DNA from: Mustelus asterias
Taxonomy: Eukaryota
Direction of reading: 5' to 3'
DNA length: 64,000 nt
Assembly: GCF_964213995.1 (NCBI RefSeq)
Contig: NC_135830.1
Coordinates: forward strand, 12,090,001-12,154,000
Shown: positions 34,490 through 45,338 of the stretch, one piece after another
Layout: each line of letters begins with the position of its first letter
How positions within the stretch are numbered: the first letter of the stretch is position 1
Notes under the pieces: model-generated
Databases searched by the model: none
What the model saw: only the letters and a program-made list of their open reading frames with translations
Told to the model about the DNA's origin: nothing
Translations under genes and position numbers: made by a program

Positions 34490-34818
34490 CAAATCCAAGT
34501 GGAAGGTTCAATCTGAAGCTCAGTGACCAACTTCCGCATTGAGACGTCACAATCGAGCGCTGCCTGAATCAGCCAATAGGAATTACTGGGCTCCGCAGTG
34601 CCGCGTCGGGATTCCAGTGCGCAGGCCCGGGCGCGCGGACCCGGGAGCCCCGCCCCCACCCATTGGTCTCCCTCCCCCTGCACCTCCTCCAGCCACGGTT
34701 TCCAGGCAACCGGCTGACGACTCCGGGCCAGAGCGAGTAGCCGCTCGGTGATCTCCCCCTCCCCCCTCTCTCTGCTGCTCCAAAAACAGATCGAGAGCGA
34801 CCTCTGGCGGCAGCCGCA
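34490..34818 (-). promoter_or_regulatory. CpG-island promoter of ZNF-D
   Basis: GC box, two CCAAT boxes, CRE-like TGACGTCT and CGGAAG on the minus strand; paralogous to 3960-4080. Confidence 0.65.
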
Positions 34819-35095
34819 CTGCGCCTGCTCCGGACAGCTCGGCTCAGCTGCGCTCTCTGCGCCTGCTCCGGACAGCTCGGCTCAGCAGCGCTCTCTGCGC
34901 CTGCTCCGGACAGCTGGGCTAAGCAGCGCTCTCTGCACCTGCTCCGGACAGCTCGGCTCAGCTGCGCTCTCTGCGCCTGCTCCGGACAGCTGGGCGAAGC
35001 AGCGCTCTCTGCGCCTGCTCCGGACAGCTCGGCTCAGCAGCGCTCTCTGCGCCTGCTCCGGACAGCTCGGCTCAGCAGAGCTCTCTGCGCCTGCG
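34819..35095 (+). repeat. GC-rich 38-bp tandem repeat, 7 full copies plus a partial
   Basis: Unit CTGCGCCTGCTCCGGACAGCTCGGCTCAGC(A/T)GCGCTCT starting at 34819, 34857, 34895 and onward. Confidence 0.95.
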
Positions 35096-35206
35096 TGCTG
35101 GGCTGCCAGCTGAGGGAGTGGGGAGGGGACTTTGCAAAATCTCTTCCCATCATTTTCTTCCCAGTGCCGCAGTTTGATTTGAAACAGAACAGCTTCTGTT
35201 TGTAGC

Positions 35207-36410
35207 TTCACCACAGACTCAAACTTCACCACAGACTCAAACTTCACCACAGACTCAAACTTCACACACAGACTCAAACTTCACACACAGACTCAAACTT
35301 CACACACAGACTCAAATTCACACACAGACTCAAACTTCACACACAGACTCAAACTTCACACACAGACTCAAACTTCACCACAGACTCAAACTTCACCACA
35401 GACTCAAACTTCACACACAGACTCAAACTTCACACACAGACTCAAACTTCACACACAGACTCAAACTTCACCACAGACTCAAACTTCACACACAGTCTCA
35501 AACTTCACCACAGACTCAAACTTCACCACAGACTCAAACTTCACACACAGACTCAAACTTCACACACAGACTCAAACTTCACACACAGACTCAAACTTCA
35601 CACACAGACTCAAACTTCACCACAGACTCAAACTTCACCACAGACTCAAACTTCACACACAGACTCAAACTTCACCACAGACTCAAACTTCACACACAGA
35701 CTCAAACTTCACCACAGACTCAAACTTCACACACAGACTCAAACTTCACCACAGACTCAAACTTCACACAGACTCAAACTTCACACACAGACTCAAACTT
35801 CACACACAGACTCAAACTTCACACACAGACTCAAACTTCACACACAGACTCAAACTTCACCACAGACTCAAACTTCACCACAGACTCAAACTTCACACAC
35901 AGACTCAAACTTCACCACAGACTCAAACTTCACCACAGACTCAAACTTCACACACAGACTCAAACTTCACACACAGACTCAAACTTCACACACAGACTCA
36001 AACTTCACCACAGACTCAAACTTCACACACCGACTCAAACTTCACCACAGACTCAAACTTCACCACAGACTCAAACTTCACACACAGACTCAAACTTCAC
36101 CACAGACTCAAACTTCACCACAGACTCAAACTTCACCACAGACTCAAACTTCACACACAGACTCAAACTTCACACACAGACTCAAACTTCACACACAGAC
36201 TCAAACTTCACCACAGACTCAAACTTCACACACCGACTCAAACTTCACCACAGACTCAAACTTCACCACAGACTCAAACTTCACACACAGACTCAAACTT
36301 CATCTCAGACTCCAACTTCACCACAGACTCAAACTTCACACACAGACTCAAACTTCACCACAGCCTCAAACTTCACACACAGACTCAAACTTCACACACA
36401 GACTCAAACC
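35207..36410 (+). repeat. ~1.2-kb minisatellite of interspersed 18-bp and 19-bp units (roughly 65 units)
   Basis: CACAGACTCAAACTTCAC and CACAGACTCAAACTTCACA interspersed irregularly. Confidence 0.97.
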
Positions 36411-36999
36411 TCCTCCTCTGGACAACATCTGTGAGGAAAACACTTTCTTTCCCCCCCCCTGGGAAATACAGAGACAGAGAAATTCTCTGGAACTGGAATT
36501 AGAGCCAAATATACTGAGGGGGAAAATGTTTGTGATTTTGTGGAACCTGTTTTTATTGTCTGAGCTTTTTAAAGTGTAATTTATCTTGTCTATTCAAATA
36601 CCGTTTCTCTCTTTGCATGATTTAGTGATGCTGATTTAAGATAAATTTCTGAAGTAAAAGTTTTTAAAATGTGAAACGGTGTCCTTCAATATTCCATTGG
36701 ACTTTTCTGGAAATATGTTTACTTTTTAGGTTAATAACGACAGATATATGTCTTGTGTTGATAGAAGGTACATCTTGGTATATTTTTGTTTCAGTCATAA
36801 GATTCATGTATTGTTAGTTTTATTCTTGTTATATAATATAAAATCACAGAATCCCGACAGTACAGAAGGATGCCATTCAGTTAGACTCTGGCTGATCAGA
36901 TTAGCAAGATTTATTTGATTCTATTCTGTAGATTAAGCTGCAGCTCAGTTTTATGGGAAATTAACATCAGCAGAAACAAACTCCAACTCTCACAATGTG

Positions 37000-38290
37000 A
37001 ACATGTGAATTAGGAGCAGGAGAAGGCCACTCGGCCCCTCGAGCCTGCTCCACCATTCAATAGGATCCTGGCTGATGTGATTGTAGCTTCAACTCCACTT
37101 TCCTTCTTACCCCTCACACCCTTTGACTCTCTTGTCAATCAAGAATCTATTAAATTCAGACTTCAGAATATTCAGTGAGCCAGCCTCCACCACTCTCTGT
37201 GGAAGAGAATTCCACACTGTAACAACCCTCTGAGAGAAAAGGTTTCTCCTCATCCCAGTCTTAAATGGGAGACCCCTTATTTTTAAACTGTGCCTCTAGT
37301 TCTCCTCTCTCTACAATCAACATCCACTCTGTCAAGTCCCCTCTGAATTTTATATGTTTCAATCAGATCCTCTCTCATTCTTCTAAACCCCAATAGATAC
37401 AGGCCGAACATGTCCAACTTTTCATCATATGACAACCCCCTCATCCCAGGAATCAGTCAAGTAAACCTTCTCCGAGCTACTTCTCACACAAGTCCTCTCT
37501 TAAGTAAGGAGATCGAAACTCCTAGAGTACACCGTGCTCGAGATGTAGTCTCACTAATACCCTGAACAAATGTAGCAAAACATCCCCGCAATAAACAACA
37601 ATTCATTGACCTTTCTAATCATTTGCTGTATCCGCACATTAACGTTTCCTGATTACAGTACCAGGACACCCAGATCCCTCTGTACCTCAAAGTTCTGCAA
37701 TCTCTCTGTTGAAATAATCAGCTGCTTTCCCATCCTTCCTGTCCAAATGGACAAGTTCACATTATCCAAAAATCTTGTTCCAGCTGCCAACTTTTTACCC
37801 ACTCACTGACCCTATCCATATCGCTTTACAGGCTTGTTATGGTCATTCACATCTCACTTTCCCACCTAACTTTGTGTCATCAACAAATTTTGACCCTGTC
37901 AGTCATCCACATCATGAAAATAGTTTGTCAATAGTTGAGGGCCCAGCACTGATCCCTGTGGCACTCCATAGGCTACACTTTGCTATCCCAAAAATGACTC
38001 CTTTCTCCCTCCTCTCTGTTTCCTATTAGCTCATCAACCCTCTATCCATGCTAATATAAAGAATCGACGTGGATGGGACGCTAATATGCCTTATGCTACG
38101 AATTCTTATTTAGTGTGGTAAACTTTGATGTGGCACCTTGTCAAATGCCTTCTGGAAATCTAAATACACCACATCCACAGGTTCCACTTTATCCACATTG
38201 CTTGTTACTTCGTCAAAGAAATCCAATAAATCAATTAACATGATTTCCCTTGCACAAAACCATGTTCACTCTGCCTGATTGCACGGAGAT
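37000..38290 (-). mobile_element. Old, heavily decayed CR1 LINE
   Basis: 3' UTR hairpin (GGCTCGAGGGGCCGAGTGGCC on minus), DFQKAFDKVPH-coding segment near 38130-38165, QGSVLGP remnant near 37940. Confidence 0.75.
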
Positions 38291-38397
38291 TATCTGTGTC
38301 CCACCCCAGCTCCTTAATAACAGAATGAACATGATTCAATCCTGCATGGGATTATTTATTACTTAAATAATAGATAGATAAATAAATAAATGAACAC

Positions 38398-38739
38398 GGG
38401 CGGCACGGTAGCACAGTGGTTAGCACTGCTGCTTCACAGCTCCAGGGTCCCAGGTTCGATTCCCGGCTCGGGTCACTGTCTGTGTGGAGTTTGCACATTC
38501 TCCTCGTGTCTGCGTGGGTTTCCTCTGGGTGCTCCGGTTTCCTCCCACAGTCCAAAGATGTGCGGGTTAGGTTGATTGGCCAGGTTAAAAATTGCCCCTT
38601 AGAGTCCAGAGATGCGTAGGTTAGAGGGATTAGCAGGTAAAATATGTGGGGGTAGGGCCTGGATGGGATTGTGGTCGGTGCAGACTCGATGGGCCGAATG
38701 GCCTCCTTCTGCACTGTAGGGTTTCTATGATTCTATGAT
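38398..38739 (+). mobile_element. Full-length HE1-like V-SINE with a 24-bp TSD spanning the ZNF-E stop codon
   Basis: A/B boxes, V core, CR1-type tail; ATGATTCA(A/G)TCCTGCATGGGATTA at 38331-38354 and 38735-38758. Confidence 0.9.
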
Positions 38740-40050
38740 TCAGTCCTGCATGGGATTAGCAGCAACAGCAGAATCCAATCCCTGCAATGACTTGTGAACT
38801 TGCTGGTGTCTCAGCAGATTGGCTGACCGAGCAAATCTCTTCCCACATACGGAGCAGGTGAATGATCTCTCTCCCGTGTGAACCTGCTGGTGTCTCAGCA
38901 GGTGGGATGACTGAGTGAAACTTTTCCCACACATGGAGCAGGTGAATGATCTCTCTCCAGTGTGAATTTGCTGGTGTCTCAGCAGGTCCTTAGTGCATTT
39001 AAAACTTTTCTCACAGTCAGAACATTTAAAAGGTCTCTGATCAGTGTGGACCAATTGATGTGCAATGAGCTGGGGTGGCTGAGTGAATCGTTTCCCACAT
39101 GTGGAGCAAGTGAAGGGTTTCTCCCCAGTGTGAATCCGCTCGTGTATCAGAAGGTGAGGTGAATCAGTGAATCCCTTCCCACACACACAGCAAATGAATG
39201 GTTTCTCCCCAGTGTGAACTCGCTGGTGTCTCAGACGGTGGGATGAATGGGTGAATCCCATCCCACACACCGAGCAGGTGAACGGTTTCTCCCCAGTGTG
39301 AACTCGCTGGTGTGTCACCAAATCCTGTTTACTTTTAAAGCTCTTCTCACAGTCAGAACACTGAAATGGTCTCTTATCAGAGTGAACTCGCTGGTGTGTT
39401 TGCAGCTGGGATAAACGTCCGAATCTCCTCTCACACACGGAGCAGGTGAATGGCTTCTCCCCAGTGTGAGTGCGCTGATGGACTTGTAAATCATTTTTAC
39501 TTTTAAATCTCTTCTCACAGTCAGAACATTGAAATGGTCTCTGATCAGTGTGAACAAGTTGGTGTGTCAGAAGGTGGGATGACTGAGTGAATCCCTTCCC
39601 ACACACTGAGCAGGTGAACGGTCTCACCGCCATGTGAGTGCGCTGGTGTCTCAGGAGGTCCTTTGCGCTTTTAAAGCTTTTCTCACAATCAGAACACTGA
39701 AACAGTCTCTGATCGGAGTGAACCTGCCGGTGAATCAGGAGGCTTGATAAAGCATGACATCCCCTCCCACATTCGAGGCAGGTGAATGGCCTCTCACCAG
39801 TGTGAACACGCCGGTGTGTATAGAGGCTGGATGAGTAAGCAAATCCTTTCCCACACTCAGAGCAGGTGAACGGCCTCTCTCCAGTGTGAATGCGACGATG
39901 AATATCCAATTCGGACGGGTAATTGAATCCCCTCCCACAGTCCACACATTTCAATGGTTTCTCTGTGCTGCGGGTGTCCTCGTGTGACTCCAGGTTGGAT
40001 GATGAGTTGAAGCCTTGTTTACACAGAATATGTGTCGGGTCACTACTCAC
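38740..40050 (-). CDS. ZNF-E: tandem C2H2 protein, 14 fingers; start codon uncertain
   Basis: 14 intact fingers. The ORF-track start is GTG and the family ATG is replaced by ACA. The usual stop after VHK reads TCA, extending the C-terminus. Confidence 0.75.
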   Translation of the reverse strand: MSSDPTHILCKQGFNSSSNLESHEDTRSTEKPLKCVDCGRGFNYPSELDIHRRIHTGERPFTCSECGKGFAYSSSLYTHRRVHTGERPFTCLECGRGCHALSSLLIHRQVHSDQRLFQCSDCEKSFKSAKDLLRHQRTHMAVRPFTCSVCGKGFTQSSHLLTHQLVHTDQRPFQCSDCEKRFKSKNDLQVHQRTHTGEKPFTCSVCERRFGRLSQLQTHQRVHSDKRPFQCSDCEKSFKSKQDLVTHQRVHTGEKPFTCSVCGMGFTHSSHRLRHQRVHTGEKPFICCVCGKGFTDSPHLLIHERIHTGEKPFTCSTCGKRFTQPPQLIAHQLVHTDQRPFKCSDCEKSFKCTKDLLRHQQIHTGERSFTCSMCGKSFTQSSHLLRHQQVHTGERSFTCSVCGKRFARSANLLRHQQVHKSLQGLDSAVAANPMQD

Positions 40051-40549
40051 TGAGAATGATGTGATTATTTTTCAGACTTTTTAAACCATTTTCCACATTC
40101 AGCACATTGGAAACTCACAGGTGTGTGTGTGTAGGTGCTTTTTCAGTCACACTGATGTTTGAAATCTTTGCCCGCAGACAGAATAAACATTTCTCCTTCT
40201 GGAGACAAAGGCTGACGATATTCAGTTTCTGACGAATCAAATTACTGAAACAGATCTTGATGTGAAGTTTGGTTTGAGTTTCACATCTGGAAATCCTGCT
40301 TCATAATACCTTGCAAAAACAGTTTACAAATACCATCACTGTCAGTGCAGGATAGAAATTCTGAACAGACAATTTACAGTTTCTCTGGAACATATTTTCC
40401 TCTCTTGTTCCCCCAAATCTATAAATCCCCGTCCCACACACTCCACCTCCTCCCCTGGACTGAAATCCAAACCCATCTCAACATCTCCACCATTTCTTCC
40501 CTCCACTCCCAGTTTTCCCCCTCCCTCTCCTCTGTCTGGGTTCAGTTCT

Positions 40550-40834
40550 TGATGTGGAAATCTCACTAACTGTCCTGGCTGGAGACAGTACACATCTCTT
40601 TAACCTGTGCTTAACCCTCTCTCCACTCACATTGTCTGTACCTTTAAGACTTGATTACCTGTAAAGACTCGCATTCCAACCATTATCTTGTAAATTGAGT
40701 TTGTGTCAATATATATGCCCTGTTTATGAACACAAGTCCTACTCACCTGACGAAGGAGCAGCGCTCCGAAAGCGAGTGGCTTTTGCGACCAAATAAACCT
40801 GTTGGACTTTAACCTGGTGTTGTGAGTCTTCTTA
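40550..40834 (+). mobile_element. PLE repeat fragment with 14-bp TSD and a mutated hammerhead motif (40743-40779)
   Basis: CTGGGTTCAGTTCT at 40536-40549 and 40835-40848; TCAC-CTGACGA-AGGAGCAGCGCTCC-GAAA-GCGA-GTGG. Confidence 0.75.
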
Positions 40835-41199
40835 CTGGGTTCAGTTCTCCAGCTGCTGTCTGCAGACTGACAATAAAACCAATGGGTCTTATTGGGGGTG
40901 TTGGGGCCTCCAGCGGGTGTTTGTGAATCCTCCCCGCCCACCTCCCAGGGTTTCCTTCCTTCCCAGAGATCAGAGTCCTCATTGATTTGAGGCCGAAGTG
41001 GAACCTCTTATTTATTGTCCCCCTCCCCCATCCTCTGATGTGAACCATCCTCCAGTGGCTGAGCCAGGATGGGGCCGTGAACCTGGGCCTGTTCCCGGGA
41101 GGGAGGGAGGGAGAAGCCCCGCAGCTGCAAACCAGGGAGCTGACAATGATTCTGAAGGGTTTGCGGATCCACAAAGTGTTTCCAAATCCTCCCAGCCAC

Positions 41200-41830
41200 C
41201 GCCTAACGCTGACTCCGCTTCTCCGGGACAAACAAGCGCCAAGGACAGCAATGACACTGCGCATGCTCCACATCACAATGCCCGGGGACTGATTGACGGC
41301 TGCTTCGGACCAATAGGAAGAGGGGGCGGGGCTGGGGATCAAGCAAGAGGGGCTGGTCCTCCATCCAATCGGAGTGAATGAGGGGCGGGTCTGGAGGACC
41401 CAACAGGAGCGGCTGGTCCTCCAACCAATCGGAGTGAATGAGGGGCGGGCTGAGGCGTCCCCAAACAACGCACGGGCAGTAGTTCGCATGCGCAGTAATG
41501 TTACAGTCTGGAGCATGCGCAGTAAGCAACGGCGTCTGCAGCACGCACAGTGTGGGTGATAGCAATCGGAGCGAAGTTCCTCTGTCTCATCAGCAGCCGG
41601 TAAGGATGCAGAAACATAGAGGGAGTAATGGAACCGGCGGATGGACGTAGAGGGTTTCTAAATACCTGGTCAAGGCCTCAAATCTCGAAAATGAGCCCGT
41701 CGGTCTGTGTTTGCAGCTTCCGGTCTTTTTCCCGAGACGAGACTCAGGTTAACGGCCGCCATCTTGATTCAGCAGGGAGGAGAGCGCATGCTCTCGGTGA
41801 CGCAACATCGAGTGGGCGGGGCTTCATGTT
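41200..41830. promoter_or_regulatory. CpG-island bidirectional promoter between ZNF-E (-) and ZNF-F (+)
   Basis: NRF1-like CGCATGCGCA (~41486) and similar sites (~41258, ~41513, ~41783); CCAAT plus GC-box unit duplicated at 41351 and 41411; YY1 GCCGCCATCTT (~41755); plus-strand donor CCG|GTAAGG near 41600. Confidence 0.7.
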
Positions 41831-41874
41831 TCTGCTTCCCCTCCAGGTCCTAGCTCCCGGTCCAATAGCACTAT

Positions 41875-42047
41875 GAGCAATAGGTTTCTAAACAGCTTCA
41901 CCCACCCAGGCTGCAGCTGCTGTTTGCAGCCTCGATGAGTCCATGGGCCATGTACATATTCAGTCTGAGAGGTTGCAAACTCTGTATAGTTACCTAAAGC
42001 AGTTACACAGCTTTTGGTTACACTTCAGCCCCAGGCTCCTCATGTTT
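41875..42047 (+). mobile_element. Tx1-like LINE ORF2 C-terminal fragment
   Basis: Translates in part to AVCSLDESMGHVHIQSERLQTLYSYLKQL...FWLHFSPRLLMF, resembling the decayed CCHC region of Tx1 ORF2. Confidence 0.5.
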
Positions 42048-43185
42048 ACATAGAAACATACATAGAAAATAGAAGTTGGGAGTCGGCCATTCGGCCCTTC
42101 GAGCGTGCGCCGCCATTCATTATTGTCATGGCTGATTATCAAATTCAATACCCTGATCCCTGTCGCCCCAAGAGATTTATCTAATTGAAATCAGGCTCTA
42201 CTTCCACTTTTGAAGAACGTGAATTCAAAGATTCATGACCCTCTGAGAGAAAAACATCTCATCTCTGTTTTCAATGGGCAATGCTGTTTTTTAAAACAGC
42301 GACTCCCTAGATTCTCCCCTGAGAGTAAACATCCTCTCCAGATCCAAAACAGAAAATGCTGGAAAGTCTCAGCAGGTCAGGCAGCATCTTTTCTCCCCCT
42401 TTGCTTCGCCTTTCCCCCTTTTTCTCAATTTTACCTCCCTTCAATCCACCCCCCCCCCCCCCCATCTTCATCCATCACAACTTCTTCAGCTTCTCTGCTG
42501 TTTGGCCATTCACACTTCTATACTCTCTATGGACTGCCATTAGCATCCTTTCCCCTGGTTCCTGTGGCTTGGACCCATCTTTCATCCCCTCACAGTGTAA
42601 ATATCTCCCACTTTCTATGCCTTTTTTATGCTTTGACGAAAGGTCATCTGGACTCGAAGCTTCAGCTCTTTTCTCTCCTCACAGATGCTGCCAGACCTGC
42701 TGAGATTCTCCAGCATTTTCTCTTTTGGTTTCAGATTCCAGCATCCGCAGTAATTTGCTTTTACCTTTCTCTCTATATCTACCCTGTCAAGAGTTTTCAG
42801 AATCTTGAAGGTTTAAATTAAGTTGCCTCTTACTCGTTTGAAGTCGAGCAGAAGCTAAACTCGAGCAGAGACTGTCTCACTGCTCCTCATCAGACAATCC
42901 ACCCATTTCCAGGTATTAATCTACTAAACCTTCTATGAACTGCTTCTCATAAAGCAGTTAAGGAATAATATGCACTCATATTCTTTCTTAAATAAGGAAA
43001 CCAATAATGTACACACTGCTCTAGATATGTCTAACCAATGCCCTGTGCAACTGAAAATAACTTCCTTGCTTTTACTCAATTCCCCTCATAATAAATAATA
43101 GCTTTCTGAATTACTTGTACCTGAGACAATATTGCGATTTTCTATCGTGATGCATTTTGGACACTTTTTAAACAGGGAGTTAGAA

Positions 43186-43532
43186 GGGCGGCATGGTAGC
43201 ACAGTGGTTAGCACTGCTGCTTCACAGCTCCAGGGACCTGGATTCGATTCCCGGCTTGGGTCACTGTCTGTGTGGAGTTTGCACATTCTCCTCGTGTCTG
43301 CGTGGGTTTCCTCCGGGTGCTCCGGTTTCCTCCCACAGTCCAAAGATGTGCGGGTTAGGTTGATTGGCCATGCTAAAATTGCCCTTAGTGTCCTGGGATG
43401 CGTAGGTTAGAGGGATTAGTGGGTAAATATGTAGGGATATGGGGGTAGAGCCTGGGTGGGATTATGGTCGGTGCAGACTCGATGGGCCGAATGGTCTCTT
43501 TCTGTGTTGTAGGGTTTCTAAGATTCTAAGAT
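43186..43532 (+). mobile_element. Full-length HE1-like V-SINE
   Basis: Near-identical to 38398-38739. Confidence 0.9.
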
Positions 43533-43611
43533 TTACACACAACAAGCTCAAACCAAGAGAAAAATGTTGTCTCTTCTGATATAGGCTTTGTGAATGGGAT
43601 AAGTAGGTAGA

Positions 43612-43859
43612 TAGAACATAGAACATTACAGCGCAGAACAGGCCCTTCGGCCCACGATGTTGCACCGACCAGTTAAAAAAAAAAAACTGTGACCCTCCAA
43701 CCTAAACCAATTTCTTTTCGTCCATGAACCTATCTACGGATCTCTTAAACGCCCCCAAACTAGGCGCATTTACTACTGATGCTGGCAGGGCATTCCAATC
43801 CCTCACCACCCTCTGGGTAAAGAACCTACCCCTGACATCGGTTCTATAACTACCCCCCA
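43612..43859 (-). mobile_element. CR1 LINE 3' end, almost identical to 55408-55652
   Basis: GGSYRTDVRGRFFTQRVVRDWNALPASVVNAPSLGAFKRSVDRFMDEKKLV*. Confidence 0.9.
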
Positions 43860-44101
43860 TGGGAATGGAACGTTTCCACTTGTTGGTGTTTCCAATACTG
43901 GGAACCATGAACAGACAACAGAGACGAATACATCAAACAGGAGGAGATATTTATTTCTTCAGATAGTTGTTAGAATATGGAACTCACTGCGACTGGAAGT
44001 GGTTGAGACAAATACTTTAGATGCTTTAAAAAGGAAACCAGATGAGAACATGAGAGAAAAAGGATTAAAAAGTTGAGCTGAAAAGCTTAGTTGAGGTGAG
44101 C

Positions 44102-44441
44102 AGAATCATAGAAACCCTACAGTGCAGAAGGAGGCCATTCGGCCCATCGAGTCTGCACCGACCACAATCCCACCCAGGCCCTACCCCCATATCCCTACAT
44201 ATTTACCCACTAATCCCTCTAACCTACGCATCTCAGGACTCTAAGGGGCAATTTTTAACCTGGCCAATCAACCTAACCCGCACATCTTTGGACTGTGGGA
44301 GGAAACCGGAGCACCCGGAGGAAACCCACGCAGACACGAGGAGAATGTGCAAACTCCACACAGACAGTGACCCGAGCCGGGAATCGAACCCGAGTCCCTG
44401 GAGCTGTGAAGCAGCAGTGTTAACCACTCTGCTACCGTGCC
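44102..44441 (-). mobile_element. HE1-like V-SINE
   Basis: Near-identical to 13467-13807. Confidence 0.9.
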
Positions 44442-44513
44442 ACAGAATGAGAGGAGATTTGTGTGGAGTAGAAATTCCAGTACAGATCAGGGCAGGGGTG
44501 GGGTGGCGGCGGA

Positions 44514-44860
44514 GGCAGTGGCACAGTGGAACTATCACTGGACTAGCAACCCAGAGACCCAGGATAATGTTCTGGGGACCTAGGTTCGAATCCCACCACA
44601 GCAGATGGTGAAATTTAAATTCAATTAGAAGTCTGATATTGACCATGAAACCATTGTTGATTGTCGTAAAAACCCATCTGGTTCACTGAGGTCCTTTAAG
44701 GATGGAAATCTGCCATCCTTAACTGGTCTGGCCTACATGTAACCCACAGCAATGTGGTTGACTCTCAAATGCCCTGTGAAATGGAGGGCAGTTGGGGATG
44801 GGCAATAAATGCTGTCCCAGTCGGTGACGCCCACACCCCGTTAAAAATGAATTAAAAAAA
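44514..44860 (+). mobile_element. tRNA-derived SINE whose 3' tail matches the LINE at 340-2172
   Basis: GGCAGTGGCACAGTGG...GGTTCGAATCCC head; tail GGGCAGTTGGGGATGGGCAATAAATGC...GTGACGCCCAC...AATGAATTAAAA. Confidence 0.75.
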
Positions 44861-44898
44861 ATAGACTGGCCTGTTTGTGTTTTGTGTATCTCATGTAT

Positions 44899-45192
44899 TC
44901 ATAGAATCTCTACAGTGCAGAAGAAGGCCTTTCAGACCACCCCACCCAGGCATATTCCCGTAACCCCACATATTTACCCCGCTAATCTCCCTAACCTACA
45001 CATCTTGGGACAGAAAGGGGCAACCACCTAACCTGAACATCTTTGGAGAGTGGGAGGGAACCGGAGCACCCGGAGGAAACCCACACAGACACGAGGAGAA
45101 TGCGCAAACTCCATACAGACAGGTAACCAAGGCCACAATCGAACCCAGGTCCCTGGTGCTGTGAGGCAGGAGTACGAACCACTGTGCCATCC
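44899..45192 (-). mobile_element. Diverged HE1-like V-SINE
   Basis: Head, V core and CR1-type tail recognisable, with deletions. Confidence 0.8.
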
Positions 45193-45338
45193 ATGTAATT
45201 CTGTGTAAACTGATTTTGCAGGAAATTGAAGAGAAGGATTTGCAGTCTGGATGATCGAATCTCACGTCAGACAGAGTCAATCGGTTCATCGGGATCTGAA
45301 AATTTGTGCATCTGAAGGGATTTAATTGACCATCTCAG

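Noticed and set aside
34748-35277. Repetitive ORFs 34748..35113 and 34882..35277
   Set aside because: Products of the 38-bp and 18-bp tandem repeats.
35207-36410. CRISPR-like array
   Set aside because: Head-to-tail tandem units with no unique spacers and no cas genes, in vertebrate DNA.
38398-38470. SINE heads as tRNA genes (also 13735, 43186, 44370, 44514, 47349)
   Set aside because: Each continues directly into a SINE body and LINE-type tail.
40809-41565. Overlapping ORFs in the E/F CpG island
   Set aside because: GC-rich stop-poor promoter sequence with no recognisable domain.
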